A stretch of DNA of 64,000 nucleotides from Tubulanus polymorphus (GCF_964204645.1 NC_134031.1:15425807-15489806), one strand, 5' to 3'. Numbered from the stretch's first letter, positions 39,835 to 54,295 are shown. The notes: generated by a model from the sequence alone, not told the origin. Made by a program: numbers and translations.

Positions 39835-42240
39835 TAATGTTTTATTTACGAATTAAATTACAATATAAAGTAGTAGGAATTAGTACAAAATATTGTAAAA
39901 TAGGACGTTGGACAACAGGTGAATTTAGAATAAACTTATTACCTGAGAGGCCCAGTCGCCCACACACTCACATTCACGCCCCATTCATACATACAAGTTA
40001 CAGAAGTTATAGAACAACATATTCCCATTTTCTACCGTCAAGCCGAGAAAGTCAATACTTGGAAAGGTTTGATGAATTCATAAATCGGCTAGCTCCAAGT
40101 TTTCTAAAATAGTTTTTTTGACAAACGATAGCCATTTTGTTGATATATTATTTCTAAAAGTACTTGACACATTTTGCCAGATATAGTGTGTGGTTGAAGA
40201 ATTAGTACTCCCAAATTTCTGATCCAAATATCATCGTTGGTACAACCATCGCATCGAACAACTGGAATGCAATGTCTAAGTCTAACGATTGTTCCTCAAG
40301 GGGGGGGGGGCATACTGTATTCACTTCGTCGTCCGTCCGTCTGTCCGCAGTGGTTTCCGTGCCCTAGCAGCTAAACCCTCGACAGATTTTCTTCAAATTC
40401 GACAGTTGTGTTGTACTATATGAGGTTGGTAAATGATTAGATTTTGGTTTCTGTGCATCTAAGGTCAAGGTCGCAGGAAGCCATTTCTGGGCTCTAACTC
40501 ATAAACGGTTTAAGATAACTAACTGAAATTCTATGGATGAGTTGTCCTAGGGACCGTGGGTACCTGATTAGATTTTGGGTCCTGTAGGGCCAAGTTCAAG
40601 GTAGCAGGAAGCCATTTTGTGAATTTCATTTGCGGGTTCTTACTCATAAACGGTATAAGATAAATTTGTGAAATTTGATGGATGGGTTACCCTAGAGACC
40701 GTGAGTGACTGATTAGATTTCGGTTCCTGTAGGTCAAAGGTCGAGGTCTCACCTGATGTGGGGGCACCAGTCGTCTTCAGCGACATTCTAGTGTAATACA
40801 AAGAAAAGGCTTTTCTTAGCATTCTCACATGCACTTTTTCTACATTTGGTGAACAAGCCATTATGATTGAAAATAACCCCAAGGTACCCAAAATCTGTAA
40901 CCCCTTCAATGTGGTAACCGTCTATGAAAAAGTTAGGCTAACGCCGTGCCCTTCTTTTTTTCAAACACCATTGCTTTTGTCTTTTCGATATTGATAAATA
41001 ATTTCCATAGCTTGCAGTATTTTGAAGCAAAGTTAAGCAAATGCTGCAGGTTATCGGCACTATCAACCAGTAAAATAGTGTCGTCAGCGTACAATAGGAC
41101 TAGTAACTTCAGCCACATATTGGCGATGCCATCTACTACTAAATTAATACTTTGGCACCCATCTAGATACAAATTACCTTCGAAATCATTGATATACATT
41201 GAGGTAATCTGGAGATAAATGTTCACCTTGACATAGTCCAGTGTTACTGTCAAAGTACTATGGAGTTAGCCCATTGGCCTTTACTGCTGACTTGATATGA
41301 GAATATATGTTGTTAATCACTTTGAGTACATTACCGGTTACACCGTTGAAATTAACTTAAGCCATAGTGCTCTTCTCCATATTGTATCGAAGGCCTTTGC
41401 ATAGTCAATGAAGGCGCAATACAGCTACTTATTATGACTGAGAAAGTAACCAATAACATCTTTTAAATTGAAAAGGTGGTCACTTATACTATGTTTTTTC
41501 CTGAAACCTGCTTGGTTTTTATTAAGTAAATTATCGTTTTCTAAAAAGTCGTTTAGCCTGCTATTTAAGAGAGAAGTAAAAAAAATGTCCCATACAACTT
41601 AAGGGGGCTATCCCTCTATAATTGTTTGGATCTTCTTATTGTAATTATGTAGACGATTTCAATATTTATTGATAAAATTAAATTCATAAAATTCCCATTT
41701 ATCGTTAAGGAATATTTCCAGACTCAAGAACCTATTGAAAATAATTGTTAAAACAGGAATTAGTTTCTCTTCTGCAACTTTGAAAAATGTATTTCAAATT
41801 TCATGAGCACCGCTGTTTTAGAGTAATGTCCAGATTTCTTACACCATTTGATATATCGTTGGGATTAATTACTCGGTTTAATGCTTCGTTGAAAAGATGT
41901 TCAGTAAATTCGTCTGCAACTAATATATCTATGTTTTCGTTAATATCAGACGTATTGTCATTCTTATGACCAAAAAGATTAAAGAGATCATTTAAAGATG
42001 CCTTACATTCAGTATTTTTTTTCTCTTAAAAAACTTCCAGTTCTCCCTAGGATTGTTATTTCTTAGAAGTCTAAGTGATTTATTACGTAGTTTATTTAAA
42101 TCTCCTTTTCTTCGATTCAACGCTCGTTTATGTCGTGTGGAAGCAGCATTAAGGTTACTCCAATTTTAAAGGGACTTATCAAATCTATAGCACCTTTTAG
42201 CTCTTCGAAAAAACCCTGTCTTTCTTTCACATCTTTGTCG
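39835..42240 (-). mobile_element. Decayed, internally deleted LINE (RTE-X/CR1-like)
   Basis: QAGFRK, YCAFIDYAKAFDTI, LLYADDT, FDAMVVP motifs; C-terminus near 40000-40190. Confidence 0.85.
40294..40791 (+). mobile_element. DINE-1/Helentron-like non-autonomous element nested in the LINE
   Basis: G-run + gcatactg, (GTCC)n microsatellite, ~130-bp internal tandem repeats with aaggtcaaggtc, 3' ggggcacc...ttctagt. Confidence 0.6.
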
Positions 42241-42601
42241 TATTAAACTAGTTTTTTTATCTTTATCCTGGTCGGAATTTTTGCTGAAATAACTTCGAAA
42301 TATTCATTCATAATCATGAATGATGTATTTCTATACGTATGTATATGTTTATAGATGATTATATAGTTCGTATTCTCGCTCTCTCCGATGCGAACTACAT
42401 AATCATCTAAAGTATAGATGACGAGCGAGTTTCATGATCTATAATTTGTGTTCTACTGCAGTTTGCAGAGAGAAATGATCACGCCGCGCATAACCCGGCG
42501 GCAGTCTCAACCCGAATCTCTCGCTACGCATATCAGAGAACTGATTTATACCTTACAATCGTTTGGGGCGTTGTCGAGATACGAAGACTTCAGTTCTCTT
42601 C

Positions 42602-43831
42602 ATGGATAATTTAACCACTATCGCCACTACAACTCGTAGAATATACCGCACCACTGTGAAGACACCGGATTATATCATAGCTTTCAGGAGATTTTCTCGC
42701 TTCTTTTACCACCATAGCACAACATTCAAATATCTGTTCTTGCTTCCGCCGGGAAGCGTGTTTAACTTTCTGACAATTATCTTACTGATAAAGTGTCGCA
42801 GATATCAGGCAGTTCGTTACACGTTCCCTTATCTCATAACTCTCGCGTTTTCAGATCAACTTGTCGTATTGTTTGAGTTACAAAAATTCCCAATCACCTT
42901 GAAAAATTTCCTTACGTATTATCTAGGATTTTATAGAAAATGTGACGTAAGTTACCTGACGTTCGCCAAACACAGTAAACTATGTCCATCACTTTACTAT
43001 TTCTTCTACTATTTCTATTATCTGCCCAGACGATTGTTTCCTTCGTGTATATTTTCAAACCTATTCGATTACCAGGCAATAACAGTATCAAACTACATAG
43101 TCATTGTGATCGCTATTGAGAGATTTGTGTCTGTTCGGTTTCCTTTCTTTCACATGAAACATTTCACCGTCACTCGGCGTAAAATTGCAATAGGTTTTGT
43201 CATCTCCTGGGCGTATATTATGAACTTGGATTTAGTAATCACGCGCAGTCGTGTTAATCTCCGCAAAAATCGCAGATACAACGAAACATTTGACAGTTTT
43301 GCATGTGATCAGTCAATTGCTTATCCAAATAGATGGTTTGGCGAATCAATGAAAGCATTTAGAACATTCTTTCGAGATATATTTCCTTCTGTTGTGATTA
43401 TAATATCATCGGTGTTAACTGCTGTATTACGTAATAAGAGATCTGAGCTGAGAGCGAAGAGAACAGATCGTCATCAATCTTCAGCTAGCAAAACTCTTCT
43501 TGTTGTAGTTATTGTGTATGTTTTACTTGTTGTACCAAATTCCGTATGTCAATTTATTCGTAATAGTTTGCACTATATCAGAAATTTGTTGTATGTGAAT
43601 CACGATATACAGATAAACTCTAGAACGCCTCTATTGAGTTTCTACACGCAGGGTTTATGGGTTCAGTTGGGCTGGGTATTCGACACATTTCGACAATTTG
43701 TGTTTTGTGTAAATTTTTTCATATACATCGGAACATTGAAAGTTTTCAGGACTCAACTTATCAAATTATTTACTGATTGTTTTTGTTGCGGAAAGCGCAA
43801 TAGAAAAGAAACAAAAGTCATACGATCATGA
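42602..43831 (+). CDS. GPCR copy 3 (409 aa)
   Basis: Intact ORF with the same 7TM motifs. Confidence 0.88.
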   Translation: MDNLTTIATTTRRIYRTTVKTPDYIIAFRRFSRFFYHHSTTFKYLFLLPPGSVFNFLTIILLIKCRRYQAVRYTFPYLITLAFSDQLVVLFELQKFPITLKNFLTYYLGFYRKCDVSYLTFAKHSKLCPSLYYFFYYFYYLPRRLFPSCIFSNLFDYQAITVSNYIVIVIAIERFVSVRFPFFHMKHFTVTRRKIAIGFVISWAYIMNLDLVITRSRVNLRKNRRYNETFDSFACDQSIAYPNRWFGESMKAFRTFFRDIFPSVVIIISSVLTAVLRNKRSELRAKRTDRHQSSASKTLLVVVIVYVLLVVPNSVCQFIRNSLHYIRNLLYVNHDIQINSRTPLLSFYTQGLWVQLGWVFDTFRQFVFCVNFFIYIGTLKVFRTQLIKLFTDCFCCGKRNRKETKVIRS

Positions 43832-45124
43832 TAAGTTTCGAGTTGAAGATGCCTGTTCATTTTTCAATTAAAACAAAAAGAAAACGTATTGCAATTTTAA
43901 TCATCGTAAAATGTAGCTTTATATCCAGTTAAGCTACTCTTGGAAGACTCGCTATATAGTTCGTAGAATTGATATTCCCCTCGTCATTATAGTCATCAGT
44001 TTGTTTTGGTCTCTTGTCCAATTTGCAGGAATTAGTATCACTACACGGTAAAAAAACGAACCAGCAAACGGCGTCATTTCCAGTCGTGTTGCAAATCCAT
44101 AGAATACGTTGTGTCGTAGAATACATTGTTTTATACGATTTTTTATTTTGTTCGAAGATAAGAATTCGTATAAAGGCTTTTTCCAGTTCGTCCAATCCGC
44201 TGAGGGTTTTACAAATCATGATGGGCAGTTTAAATGTTCGCCAAAGGGCACAATATTCACAAAACGTGCTACTTTTTCCCACTGTTAGCGCTGAAAAGTG
44301 CTTTCTTCAGCTGTTACAGTCTCAAACCACGTCGTTGCTTCTTTTTATGGCACGCGTCTCTGTATTATTGGGTTCCGTGTGGAAATGTGACGTCACGCAG
44401 TACACATTACCTACCAAGCGCGACTGTTTCGATCCTCGCGCAGGCTCAACGTTTGGTGAGCTTTCATTTGGTTTCAATATCTGGTACTCTGATCAGAAAA
44501 CACCAAAACTGAATATAAAATATGAAAATGACGTATATATGCAGTCGCGTACGTCTCGGGTGCAGAGTAGCAGATAGGTCGACCAGTCAGTTTTTCGTAG
44601 GGACATTTCGCACCAGACTCACCCCTTGGCTAAAGAGGAGGCCTGCCTTTTCGACGATGGCAATTATATATAATCTATGAACACATTTTCTTTTGCTTAA
44701 ATATCTTTATTTATTTTGTATCGTGTAATAAAAGAATGCACAGGTTCCATCGTATAATAACTGTAGGGTCCCAGATCAGTTGAATATAGATAACAAACAA
44801 ACAAACAAACAAACAAACAAACGGCGAAACCAATGTTATTATATTCATAGAACATCACGTTAATGAAAATCAAAACATCACCATAGACATCGTTACGGCG
44901 ACGAAAATTACACCATTTATTTATTCATTTATTTATTCATCATAATCATTTTAATAGATAACGTAGTATCATTACCATCTATGTTGTTATTATAATGGTT
45001 AGATCATTAAACGGTGCGCAAAAAAAATATTTTATCGTTTACTCCTACGTAAATTCAGTGCGAAAAAACTGCAATATCAACCAATCAGCGTATACACGTA
45101 ACTTCTATTCAGTATGAAAATAAA

Positions 45125-45572
45125 AAATCTATCCGGTAAATATGTTCTGAATTTATATTTATTACCTTTTAATCCTTCATATTCCAAGTGAATAATTAAT
45201 TTATCTTCATATTTGTTAGTAACTGTATCAATATTTGTAATTAAATATTTCTTATGAATTGTGAGTTCATTTAACTTCTTAAATTTATAATCTACAGATT
45301 TAGCATTTGTGATATCTTTTATTCTATCTAGAAATGATTTGTTGTTCTCACTGTGTACTTGTTTACTCTCCATTTTAATAACATATCTTTTATTAAAATT
45401 GATCTTAGAAGTTATTCATTTATAAATGTTATTCATTTATATGTTATTCATATATATGAATATTAAAGTAAATGGGAATATGTTGTTCTATATCAGAGGT
45501 CGAAAGGTTGAGTGAGTAAAAAATAAAAATAAATTCGAGCGTGCGAGAATTTATTTTTTTTTTTTACGAGCT
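45125..45572 (-). other. Second copy of hairpin-ended virus-like ORF cassette (ORF open through YLPDRF)
   Basis: ORF 45373-45077; the hairpin's right arm is truncated at the LINE junction. Confidence 0.45.
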
Positions 45573-45574
45573 AC

Positions 45575-48135
45575 AATGTTTTATTTACGAATTAAATTAC
45601 AATATAAAGTAGTAGGAATTAGTACAAAATATTGTAAAATAGGACGTTGGACGACAGGTGAAGTTAGAATAAACTTATTACCTGAGAGGCCAAGTCGCCC
45701 ACACACTCACATTCACGCCCCATTCATACATACAAGTTACAGAAGTTATAGAACAACATATTCCCATTTACTACCGTCAAGCCGAGAAAGTCAATACTCG
45801 GAAAGGTTTGATGAATTCATAAATCGGCTAGCCCCAAGTTTTCTAAAATAGTTTTTTTGACAAACGATAGCCATTTTGTTGATATATTATTTCTAAAAGT
45901 ACTTGACACATTTTGCCAGATATAGTGTGTGGTTGAAGAATTAGCTTACTCTAAAACTTGATTACTTCCATTGCGAAACTTCCCGTTTCGCCATAAACCA
46001 TGACATTAGCTGTTGAATTTTTCAGCTTAAGTAAATACTTACAGAAAAGGAGATGTAATCTTTCTATGCATTGCAAATCTTCGTACTCCCAAATTTCTGA
46101 TCCAAATATTATCGTTGGTACAACCATCGCATCGAATAACTGGAAGGCAATGTCTAAGTCTAACGATTGTTCCTCAAGGGGGGGGGGGGGCATACTGTAA
46201 TCACTTCGTCGTCCGTCCGTCTGTCCGCAGTGGTTTCCGTGCCCTAGCAGCTAAACCCTCGACAGATTTTCTTCAAATTCGACAGTTGTGTTGTACTATA
46301 TGAGGCTAGTAAATGATTAGATTTTGGTTTCTGTGCATCTAAGGTCAAGGTCGCAGGAAGCCATTTTGTGAATTTCATTTCCGGGCTCTAACTCATAAAC
46401 GGTTTATAACTTACTGAAATTCTATGGATGAGTTGTCCTAGGGACCGTGGGTACCTGATTAGATTTTGGGTCCTGTAGGGCCAAGTTCAAGGTAGCAGGA
46501 AGCCATTTTGTGAATTTCATTTGCGGGTTCTTACTCATAAACGGTATAAGATAAATTTGTGAAATTTAATGGATGGGTTACCCTAGAGACCGTGAGTGAC
46601 TGATTAGATTTCGGTTCCTGTAGGTCAAAGGTCAAGGTCTCACCTGATGTGGGGGCATCAGTTTTCTTCAGCGACATTCTAGTGTAATACAAAGAAAAGG
46701 CTTTTCTTAGCATTCTCACATGCACTTTTTCTACATTTGGTGAACAAGCCATTATGATTGAAAATAACCCCAAGGTACCCAAAATCTGTAACCCCTTCAA
46801 TGTGGTAACCGTCTATGAAAAAGTTAGGCTAACGCCGTGCCCTTCTTTTTTTCAAACACCATTGCTTTTGTCTTTTCGATATTGATAAATAATTTCCATA
46901 GCTTGCAGTATTTTGAAGCAAAGTTAAGCAAATGCTGCAGGTTATCGGCACTATCAACCAGTAAAATAGTGTCGTCAGCGTACAATAGGACTAGTAACTT
47001 CAGCCACATATTGGCGATGCCATCTACTACTAAATTAATACTTTGGCACCCATCTAGATACAAATTACCTTCGAAATCATTGATATACATTGAGGTAATC
47101 TGGAGATAAATGTTCACCTTGACATAGTCCAGTGTTACTGTCAAAGTACTATGGAGTTAGCCCATTGGCCTTTTCTGCTGACTTGATATGAGAATATATG
47201 TTGTTAATCACTTTGAGTACATTACCGGTTACACCGTTGAAATTAACTTAAGCCATAGTGCTCTTCTCCATATTGTATCGAAGGCCTTTGCATAGTTAAT
47301 GAAGGCGCAATACAGCTACTTATTATGACTGAGAAAGTAACCGATAACATCTTTTAAATTGAAAAGGTGGTCACTTATACTATGTTTTTTCCTGAAACCT
47401 GCTTGGTTTTTATTAAGTAAATTATCGTTTTCTAAAAAGTCGTTTAGCCTGCATGCTATTTAAGAGAGAAGTAAAAAAAATGTCCCATACAACTTAAGAG
47501 GGCTATCCCTCTATAATTGTTTGGATCGTCTTATTGTAATTATGTAGACGATTTTAATATTTATTGATAAAATTAAATTCATAAAATTCCCATTTATCGT
47601 TAAGGAATATTTCCAGACTCAAGAACCTATTGAAAATAATTGTTAAAACAGGAATTAGTTTCTCTTCTGCAACTTTGAAAAATGTATTTCAAATTTCATG
47701 AGCAGCGCTGTTTTATAGTAATGTCCAGATTTCTTATACCATTTGATATATCGTTGGGATTAATTACTCGGTTTAATGCTTCGTTGAAAAGATGTTCAGT
47801 AAATTCGTCTGCAACTAATATATCTATGTTTTCGTTAATATCAGACGTATTGTCATTCTTATGACCAAAAAGATTAAAGAGATCATTTAAAGATGCCTTA
47901 GATTCAGTATTTTTTTTCTCTTAAAAAACTTCCAGTTCTCCCTAGGATTGTTATTTCTTAGAAGTCTAAGTGATTTATTACGTAGTTTATTTAAATCTCC
48001 TTTTCTTCGATTCAACGCTCGTTTATGTCGTGTGGAAGCAGCATTAAGGTTACTCCAATTTTAAAGGGACTTATCAAATCTATAGCACCTTTTAACTCTT
48101 CGAAAAAACCCTGTCTTTCTTTCACATCTTTGTCG
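45575..48135 (-). mobile_element. Duplicate of the decayed LINE with nested DINE-1-like element (~46172-46683)
   Basis: Near-identical to 39835-42240 and retains an extra ~140 bp (45945-46083). Confidence 0.85.
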
Positions 48136-48495
48136 TATTAAACTAGTTTTTTATCTTTATCCTGGTCGGAATTTTTGCTGAAATAACTTCGAAACATTCA
48201 TTCATAATCATGAATGATGTATTTCTATACGTATGTATATGTTTATAGATGATTATATAGTTCGTATTCTCGCTCGCTCCGATGCGAACTACATAATCAT
48301 CTAAATTATAGATGACGAGCGAGTTTCATGATCTATAATTTGTGTTCTACTGCAGTTTGCAGAGAGAAATGATCACGCCGCGCATAACCCGGCGGCAGTC
48401 TCAACCCGAATCTCTCGCTACGCATATCAGAGAACTGATTTATACCTTACAATCGTTTGGGGCGTTGTCGAGATACGAAGACTTCAGTACTCTTC

Positions 48496-49725
48496 ATGGA
48501 TAATTTAACCACTATCGCCACTACAACTCGTAGAATATACCGCACCACTGTGAAGACACCGGATTATATCATAGCTTTCAGGAGATTTTCTCGCTTCTTT
48601 TACCACCATAGCACAACATTCAAATATCTGTTCTTGCTTCCGCCGGGAAGCGTGTTTAACTTTCTGACAATTATCTTACTGATAAAGTGTCGCGGATATC
48701 AGTCAGTTCGTTACACGTTCCCTTATCTCATAACTCTCGCGTTTTCAGATCAACTTGTCGTATTGTTTGAGTTACAAAAATTCCCAATCACCTTGAAAAA
48801 TTTCCTTACGTATTATCTAGGATTTTATAGAAAATGTGACGTAAGTTACATGACGTTCGCCAAACACAGTAAACTATGTCCATCACTTTACTATTTCTTC
48901 TACTATTTCTATTATCTGCCCAGACGATTGTTTCCTTCGTGTATATTTTCAAACCTATTCGATTACCAGGCAATAACAGTATCAAACTACATAGTCATTG
49001 TGATCGCTATTGAGAGATTTGTTTCTATTCGGTTTCCTTTCTTTCACATGAAACATTTCACCGTCACTCGGCGTAAAATTGCAATAGGTTTTGTCATCTC
49101 CTGGGCGTATATTATGAACTTGGATTTAGTAATCACGCGCAGTCGTGTTAATCTCCGCAAAAATCGCAGATACAACGAAACATTTGACAGTTTTGCATGT
49201 GATCAGTCAATTGCTTATCCAAATAGATGGTTTGGCGAATCAATGACAGCATTTAGAACATTCTTTCGAGATATATTTCCTTCTGTTGTGATTATAATAT
49301 TATCGGTGTTAACTGCTGTATTACGTAATAAGAGATCTGAGCTGAGAGCGAAGAGAACAGATCGTCATCAATCTTCAGCTAGCAAAACTCTTCTTGTTGT
49401 AGTTATTGTGTATGTTTTACTTGTTGTACCAAATTCCGTATGTCAATTTATTCGTAATAGTTTGCACTATATCAGAAATTTGTTGTATGTGAATCACGAT
49501 ATACAGATAAACTCTAGAACGCCTCTATTGAGTTTCTACACGCAGGGTTTATGGGTTCAGTTGAGCTGGGTATTCGACACATTTCGACAATTTGTGTTTT
49601 GTGTAAATTTTTTCATATACATCGGAACATTAAAAGTTTTCAGGACTCAACTTATCAAATTATTTACTGATTGTTTTTGTTGCGGAAAGCGCAATAGAAA
49701 AGAAACAAAAGTCATACGATCATGA
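48496..49725 (+). CDS. GPCR copy 4 (409 aa)
   Basis: Intact ORF, only a few substitutions from copy 3. Confidence 0.88.
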   Translation: MDNLTTIATTTRRIYRTTVKTPDYIIAFRRFSRFFYHHSTTFKYLFLLPPGSVFNFLTIILLIKCRGYQSVRYTFPYLITLAFSDQLVVLFELQKFPITLKNFLTYYLGFYRKCDVSYMTFAKHSKLCPSLYYFFYYFYYLPRRLFPSCIFSNLFDYQAITVSNYIVIVIAIERFVSIRFPFFHMKHFTVTRRKIAIGFVISWAYIMNLDLVITRSRVNLRKNRRYNETFDSFACDQSIAYPNRWFGESMTAFRTFFRDIFPSVVIIILSVLTAVLRNKRSELRAKRTDRHQSSASKTLLVVVIVYVLLVVPNSVCQFIRNSLHYIRNLLYVNHDIQINSRTPLLSFYTQGLWVQLSWVFDTFRQFVFCVNFFIYIGTLKVFRTQLIKLFTDCFCCGKRNRKETKVIRS

Positions 49726-52242
49726 TAAGTTTCGAGTTGAAGATGCCTGTTCATTTTTCAATTAAAACAAAAAGAAAACGTATTGCAATTTTAATCATCG
49801 TAAAATGTAGCTATATATCCAGTTAAGCTACTCTTGGAAGACTCGCTATATAGTTCGTAGAATTGATATTCCCCTCGTCATTATAGTCATCGGTTTGTTT
49901 TGGTCTCTTGTCCAATTTGCAGGAATTAGTATCACTACACGGTAAAAAACGAACCAGCAAACGGCGTCATTTCCAGTCGTGTTGCAAATCCATAGAATAC
50001 GTTGTGTCGTAGAATACATTGTTTTATACGATTTTTTATTTTGGTCGAAGATAAGAATTCGTGTAATGGCTTTTTCCAGTTCGTCCAATCCGCTGAGGGT
50101 TTTACAAATCATGATGGGCAGTTTTAATGTTCACCAAAGGGCACAATATTCACAAAACGTGCTACTTTTTCCCACTGTTAGCGCTGAAAAGTGCTTTCTT
50201 CAGCTGTTACAGTCTCAAACCACGTCGTTGCTTCTTTTTATGGCACGCGTCTCTGTATTATTGGGTTCCGTGTGGAAATGTGACGTCACGCAGTACACAT
50301 TACCTACCAAGCGCGACTGTTTCGATCCTCGCGCAGGCTCAACGTTTGGTGAGCTTTCATTTGGTTTCAATATCTGGTACTCTGATCAGAAAACACCAAA
50401 ACTGACTATAAAATATGAAAATGACGTATATATGCAGTCGCGTACGTCTCGGGTGCAGAGTAGCAGATAGGTCGACCAGTCAGTTTTTCGTAGGGACATT
50501 TCGCACCAGACTCACCCCATGGCTAAAGAGGAGGCCTGCCTTTTCGACGATGGCAATTATATATAATCTATGAACACATTTTCTTTTGCTTAAATATCTT
50601 TATTTATTTTGTATCGTGTAATAAAAGAATGCACAGGTTCCATCGTATAATAACTGTAGGGTCCCAGATCAGTTGAATATAGATAACAAACAAACAAACA
50701 AACAAACGGCGAAACCAATGTTATTATATTCATAGAACATCACGTTTATGAAATCAAAACATCACCATAGACATCGTTACGGCGACGAAAATTACACCAT
50801 TTATTTATTCATTTATTTATTCATCGTAATCATTTAATAGATAACGTAGTATCATTACCATCTATGTTGTTATTATAATGGTTAGATCATTAAACGGTGC
50901 GCGAAAAAAATATTGTATCGTTTACTCCTACGTAAATTCAGTGCGAAAAAACTGCAATATCAACCAATCAGCGTATACACGTAACTTCCATTCAGTATGA
51001 AAATAAATTATCGATTATTATATGTTTACATAATGACACGGTATTTCTAGACTCCGCTTAACGTCTGCCTTTATCGATCGTCTGATTAACTCTGCTAGAA
51101 AGAAAACTGGAGAAAGCGAGACTCGGTATTACGCAAAACTGGCGGTAAAAATCGAAGTTGTTATCTTAATGTAAATTGGTTGAGGCCTCGTAAACAAAGT
51201 CCGCTAACTTGATCTACCGAATTCCGTTTGCGAAACGCCACTGACATTGACGATACACTTCGCTAGATATATACGTACTGTGCGTATTGTTCAATATACC
51301 AAAGAATGTTCAGGGTCGGATCCAGATATTCGAGAAGAGGGGGTCAATTAGTGCAATGTTTTTCCAGATAAAATATGTATTTTTTTTACATTTCAATGAA
51401 AAATGCATTCATAAAAATGTGTGCGTTACCTACGGTAATTTTTGACAGACGCCGAAACAGCAATCGATTAAGATTTGAATTGTGGTTAGTTTCATCATTA
51501 ATATGATTGATATCAGCTAGAAAATCTTCGAACACGGAGCAGCCTAACAGCCCTTGGATCCGTCCCGGATGTCCTCTGCAAGAGTTTTGTGTCGGAACAA
51601 TAAAATGAAACTGATGAAACTTAAACGAGCTACTTCTCGTTTTTATCAACGAATATATAAACGATAAAATGACTTTTAACGACTTTCAAAAACGAATCAT
51701 AAAACTTTTGATGTATTTCTTTCTGTGTACCGGTACACTGTATTATAAGCCATGTGCCTATGTTACGTGACGATGCCATTAGAATCGGCAGCAGTCAAAC
51801 TCGTCACGACGAGGATTTACATCGACAGGTCCCTACATTTTACATCGGTTGGTGAGGTCATCAGGTCTGAAGGTCAAGCGAACGATGACCTCTATGGGTT
51901 CGACGAAGGAGAAGTACGGGCACAGTCATGCGGCTCACTGCATCATCAGCAAAATGCGATTAGATTTCATCTCTCTCAATCTATATACCATCCACGCTCT
52001 CGCATACACCAGAGAGGATTCGCCTTTCACTTCCTCAATCATCCACGCTATCGCAAAAATGCAACAAACGTAATACACGTTAAACATACAAACGAATTCA
52101 AAACTAATCCTCGCAACCGACAAACACTACGCGCAGGCATAACGTCGTATCACACCAGAAAAACAACCATGTGAATCCAACCATCCGGGGTTGTGACGAT
52201 AATTTAACGAGAAACGCACAATAAAGACGAACAAAATGTAGT

Positions 52243-52380
52243 CTGAAAATGTTTCATTGAGCCGGTAGTTTATTCGACGTTTCGACTATAAACTAATAAT
52301 AGTCATCTTCACGAATACTGAATATTCCTCAGTATTTAGTCGAAACGTCAAATAAACTACCGGTTCAAGGAAACATTTTC
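52243..52380 (-). mobile_element. Penelope-like palindromic remnant with degenerate hammerhead core (52271-52317)
   Basis: Inverted arms; - strand reads tattc-GTGAAGA-t-gactat..atagtc-GAAAC-GTC-gaata. Confidence 0.55.
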
Positions 52381-54295
52381 GGCCGCAAAATTCTCCACGC
52401 ATCCATTTCAAACGACATCCTTTCACATTATATTTGAAAAGATGTCGTGAAAATTGCATTCACCGCAGATCACTGGCATTCGTTGATCACTCCGATTCGT
52501 TCGAATTCAGATACCCCGATTAAAACGTCTTTTCGACGCAAAAAGGTACTCATTGAATTTGTATAATAAATTTCGATTCTAACAGTAAGAGCCTCAAAAA
52601 TAACAACCCGTAAAAACACATTGTCGCGTTGTTTTCACTCACACACGCATTCGTCCAAATACACTACCACCAAACACACCACAAAAATAATGAATCATAA
52701 TCTTCACAATAATTATTCAACGATCATTTTTCCTTTTTTATTTATATAATGTGATAATAAAATATAATACCATATAGAATTACATATACCGCCAGCCACA
52801 AACCCCATATCCCCTTTAAATTCAAATATACATCTAATCGGCGGCGGATATGATAATTGTAATAACCATTAATAATAATATCAATTTGTCAACAGTTTTT
52901 TTTCCGTAACAACAACAACGACAATAAACAACATTCATTCTTTTTCTCAAACGATTCCAGACACACCTCATTCTCTCATCTCCAGAACGGGTTATCCATC
53001 TATTGGGTATAAAATCCATTGCCCTCACATCGGATGGGGCGAATAATATTTCATTCGTCATCAGAGGTCGTTTTCTAGTTGATGAAGTGATATGCATCGC
53101 TCAATGAGGAAGGACCCTTAAAGCCTATCGCTGATAGATATAGCTACGAACAAAGCGAGCCGAAATTCGAGAAGAGTGAATATTAAACGGGCTATAAGAG
53201 TGCCGTTGGAATTGCCTTAAATTGGAATGAAATGAAGACAATTTGAGATCGTGTTTGATTGCTGCGCAACATATCACTAGCAGGGCTTCCAATAATGAAA
53301 TTGCTTTATGATTGAAACTTGTACACTACCCGTCCTACTGATTCACAATCCGCCGTTTAAAATCTTTTTGGTATTCTGTTAAAAGCACGGTTTCTTCAAT
53401 TTTTACTAATAATATGTTTGAAATTCATATGGACAAACAGTTCACAATTGACATATGATTTGAATAATGAAAACCAAAAATAAATACGCAATGCTAATAT
53501 CGGGCTTTGTGCCTTCTTCGTTGCCTATTCGTCCATTCCTTATTGGTGTACGACAAAGTTCAATTTCGTACGAGTAGAAATGTGTACGATATATTTACAA
53601 AAAGATATTTTCATCGCCATTATTTCCAAACACAGAAATGAGCGTATAGTCTTTAGAAAATGCTATTTTATGGTATAGTATATAACGATACGTATAAGAT
53701 ATAGGAGACACCGGTGCGTCGAGTGTCGATCACGCCTTACAAAGTATCATCGTTGAATAATATTTCGAAATAAAAATTCATATAATTGAGCAAGAAGTTA
53801 ACGACGATATTCATAAACTGAACGTCCACATACATGCCCGCACTTGAATGACCTTGACAGCAGAGTAGATTGACGAGAAAATTTGTTTACTGTTTAGATC
53901 GCGACTGCGGTGGCAGCCGCGAACGAAATTATGAATCACAGAAAGCGAGACATATTTTTTGAAAAATATTTGTATAGAACATGGTAGACGAACAGTAAAA
54001 TGAGAAATAGCCGGAGTGGGCTGAAATCAATCTGATTCTGGTCGCGATTTATCGCGATCACTACGAATAGCCGCGACCAACGGTTATTTTTGGTTCACGT
54101 TTTCGAGTCGTTGGATTGCGAAAATCGCGGTTTGCCTGCAACAGTCTGCGCTTCCCGAGAGAGATAGAGAGGGAGAGTTCTCCGTTCACGACATCGCGTC
54201 GGGCGTTATAAACTTACTTCACTGCCGATCGCCTCGATACACGTCACAACATTTACGCGCGTTCGATTGGCCGCTCACCATCACGTGACCCGTTG

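Noticed and set aside
44014-44577. ORF downstream of each GPCR (also 38245-38808, 49979-50470)
   Set aside because: Non-ATG starts, stops or frameshifts differ between copies, no recognisable domain; recurrence reflects the segmental duplication.
51752-52174. 140-aa ORF
   Set aside because: No recognisable domain or supporting splice structure.
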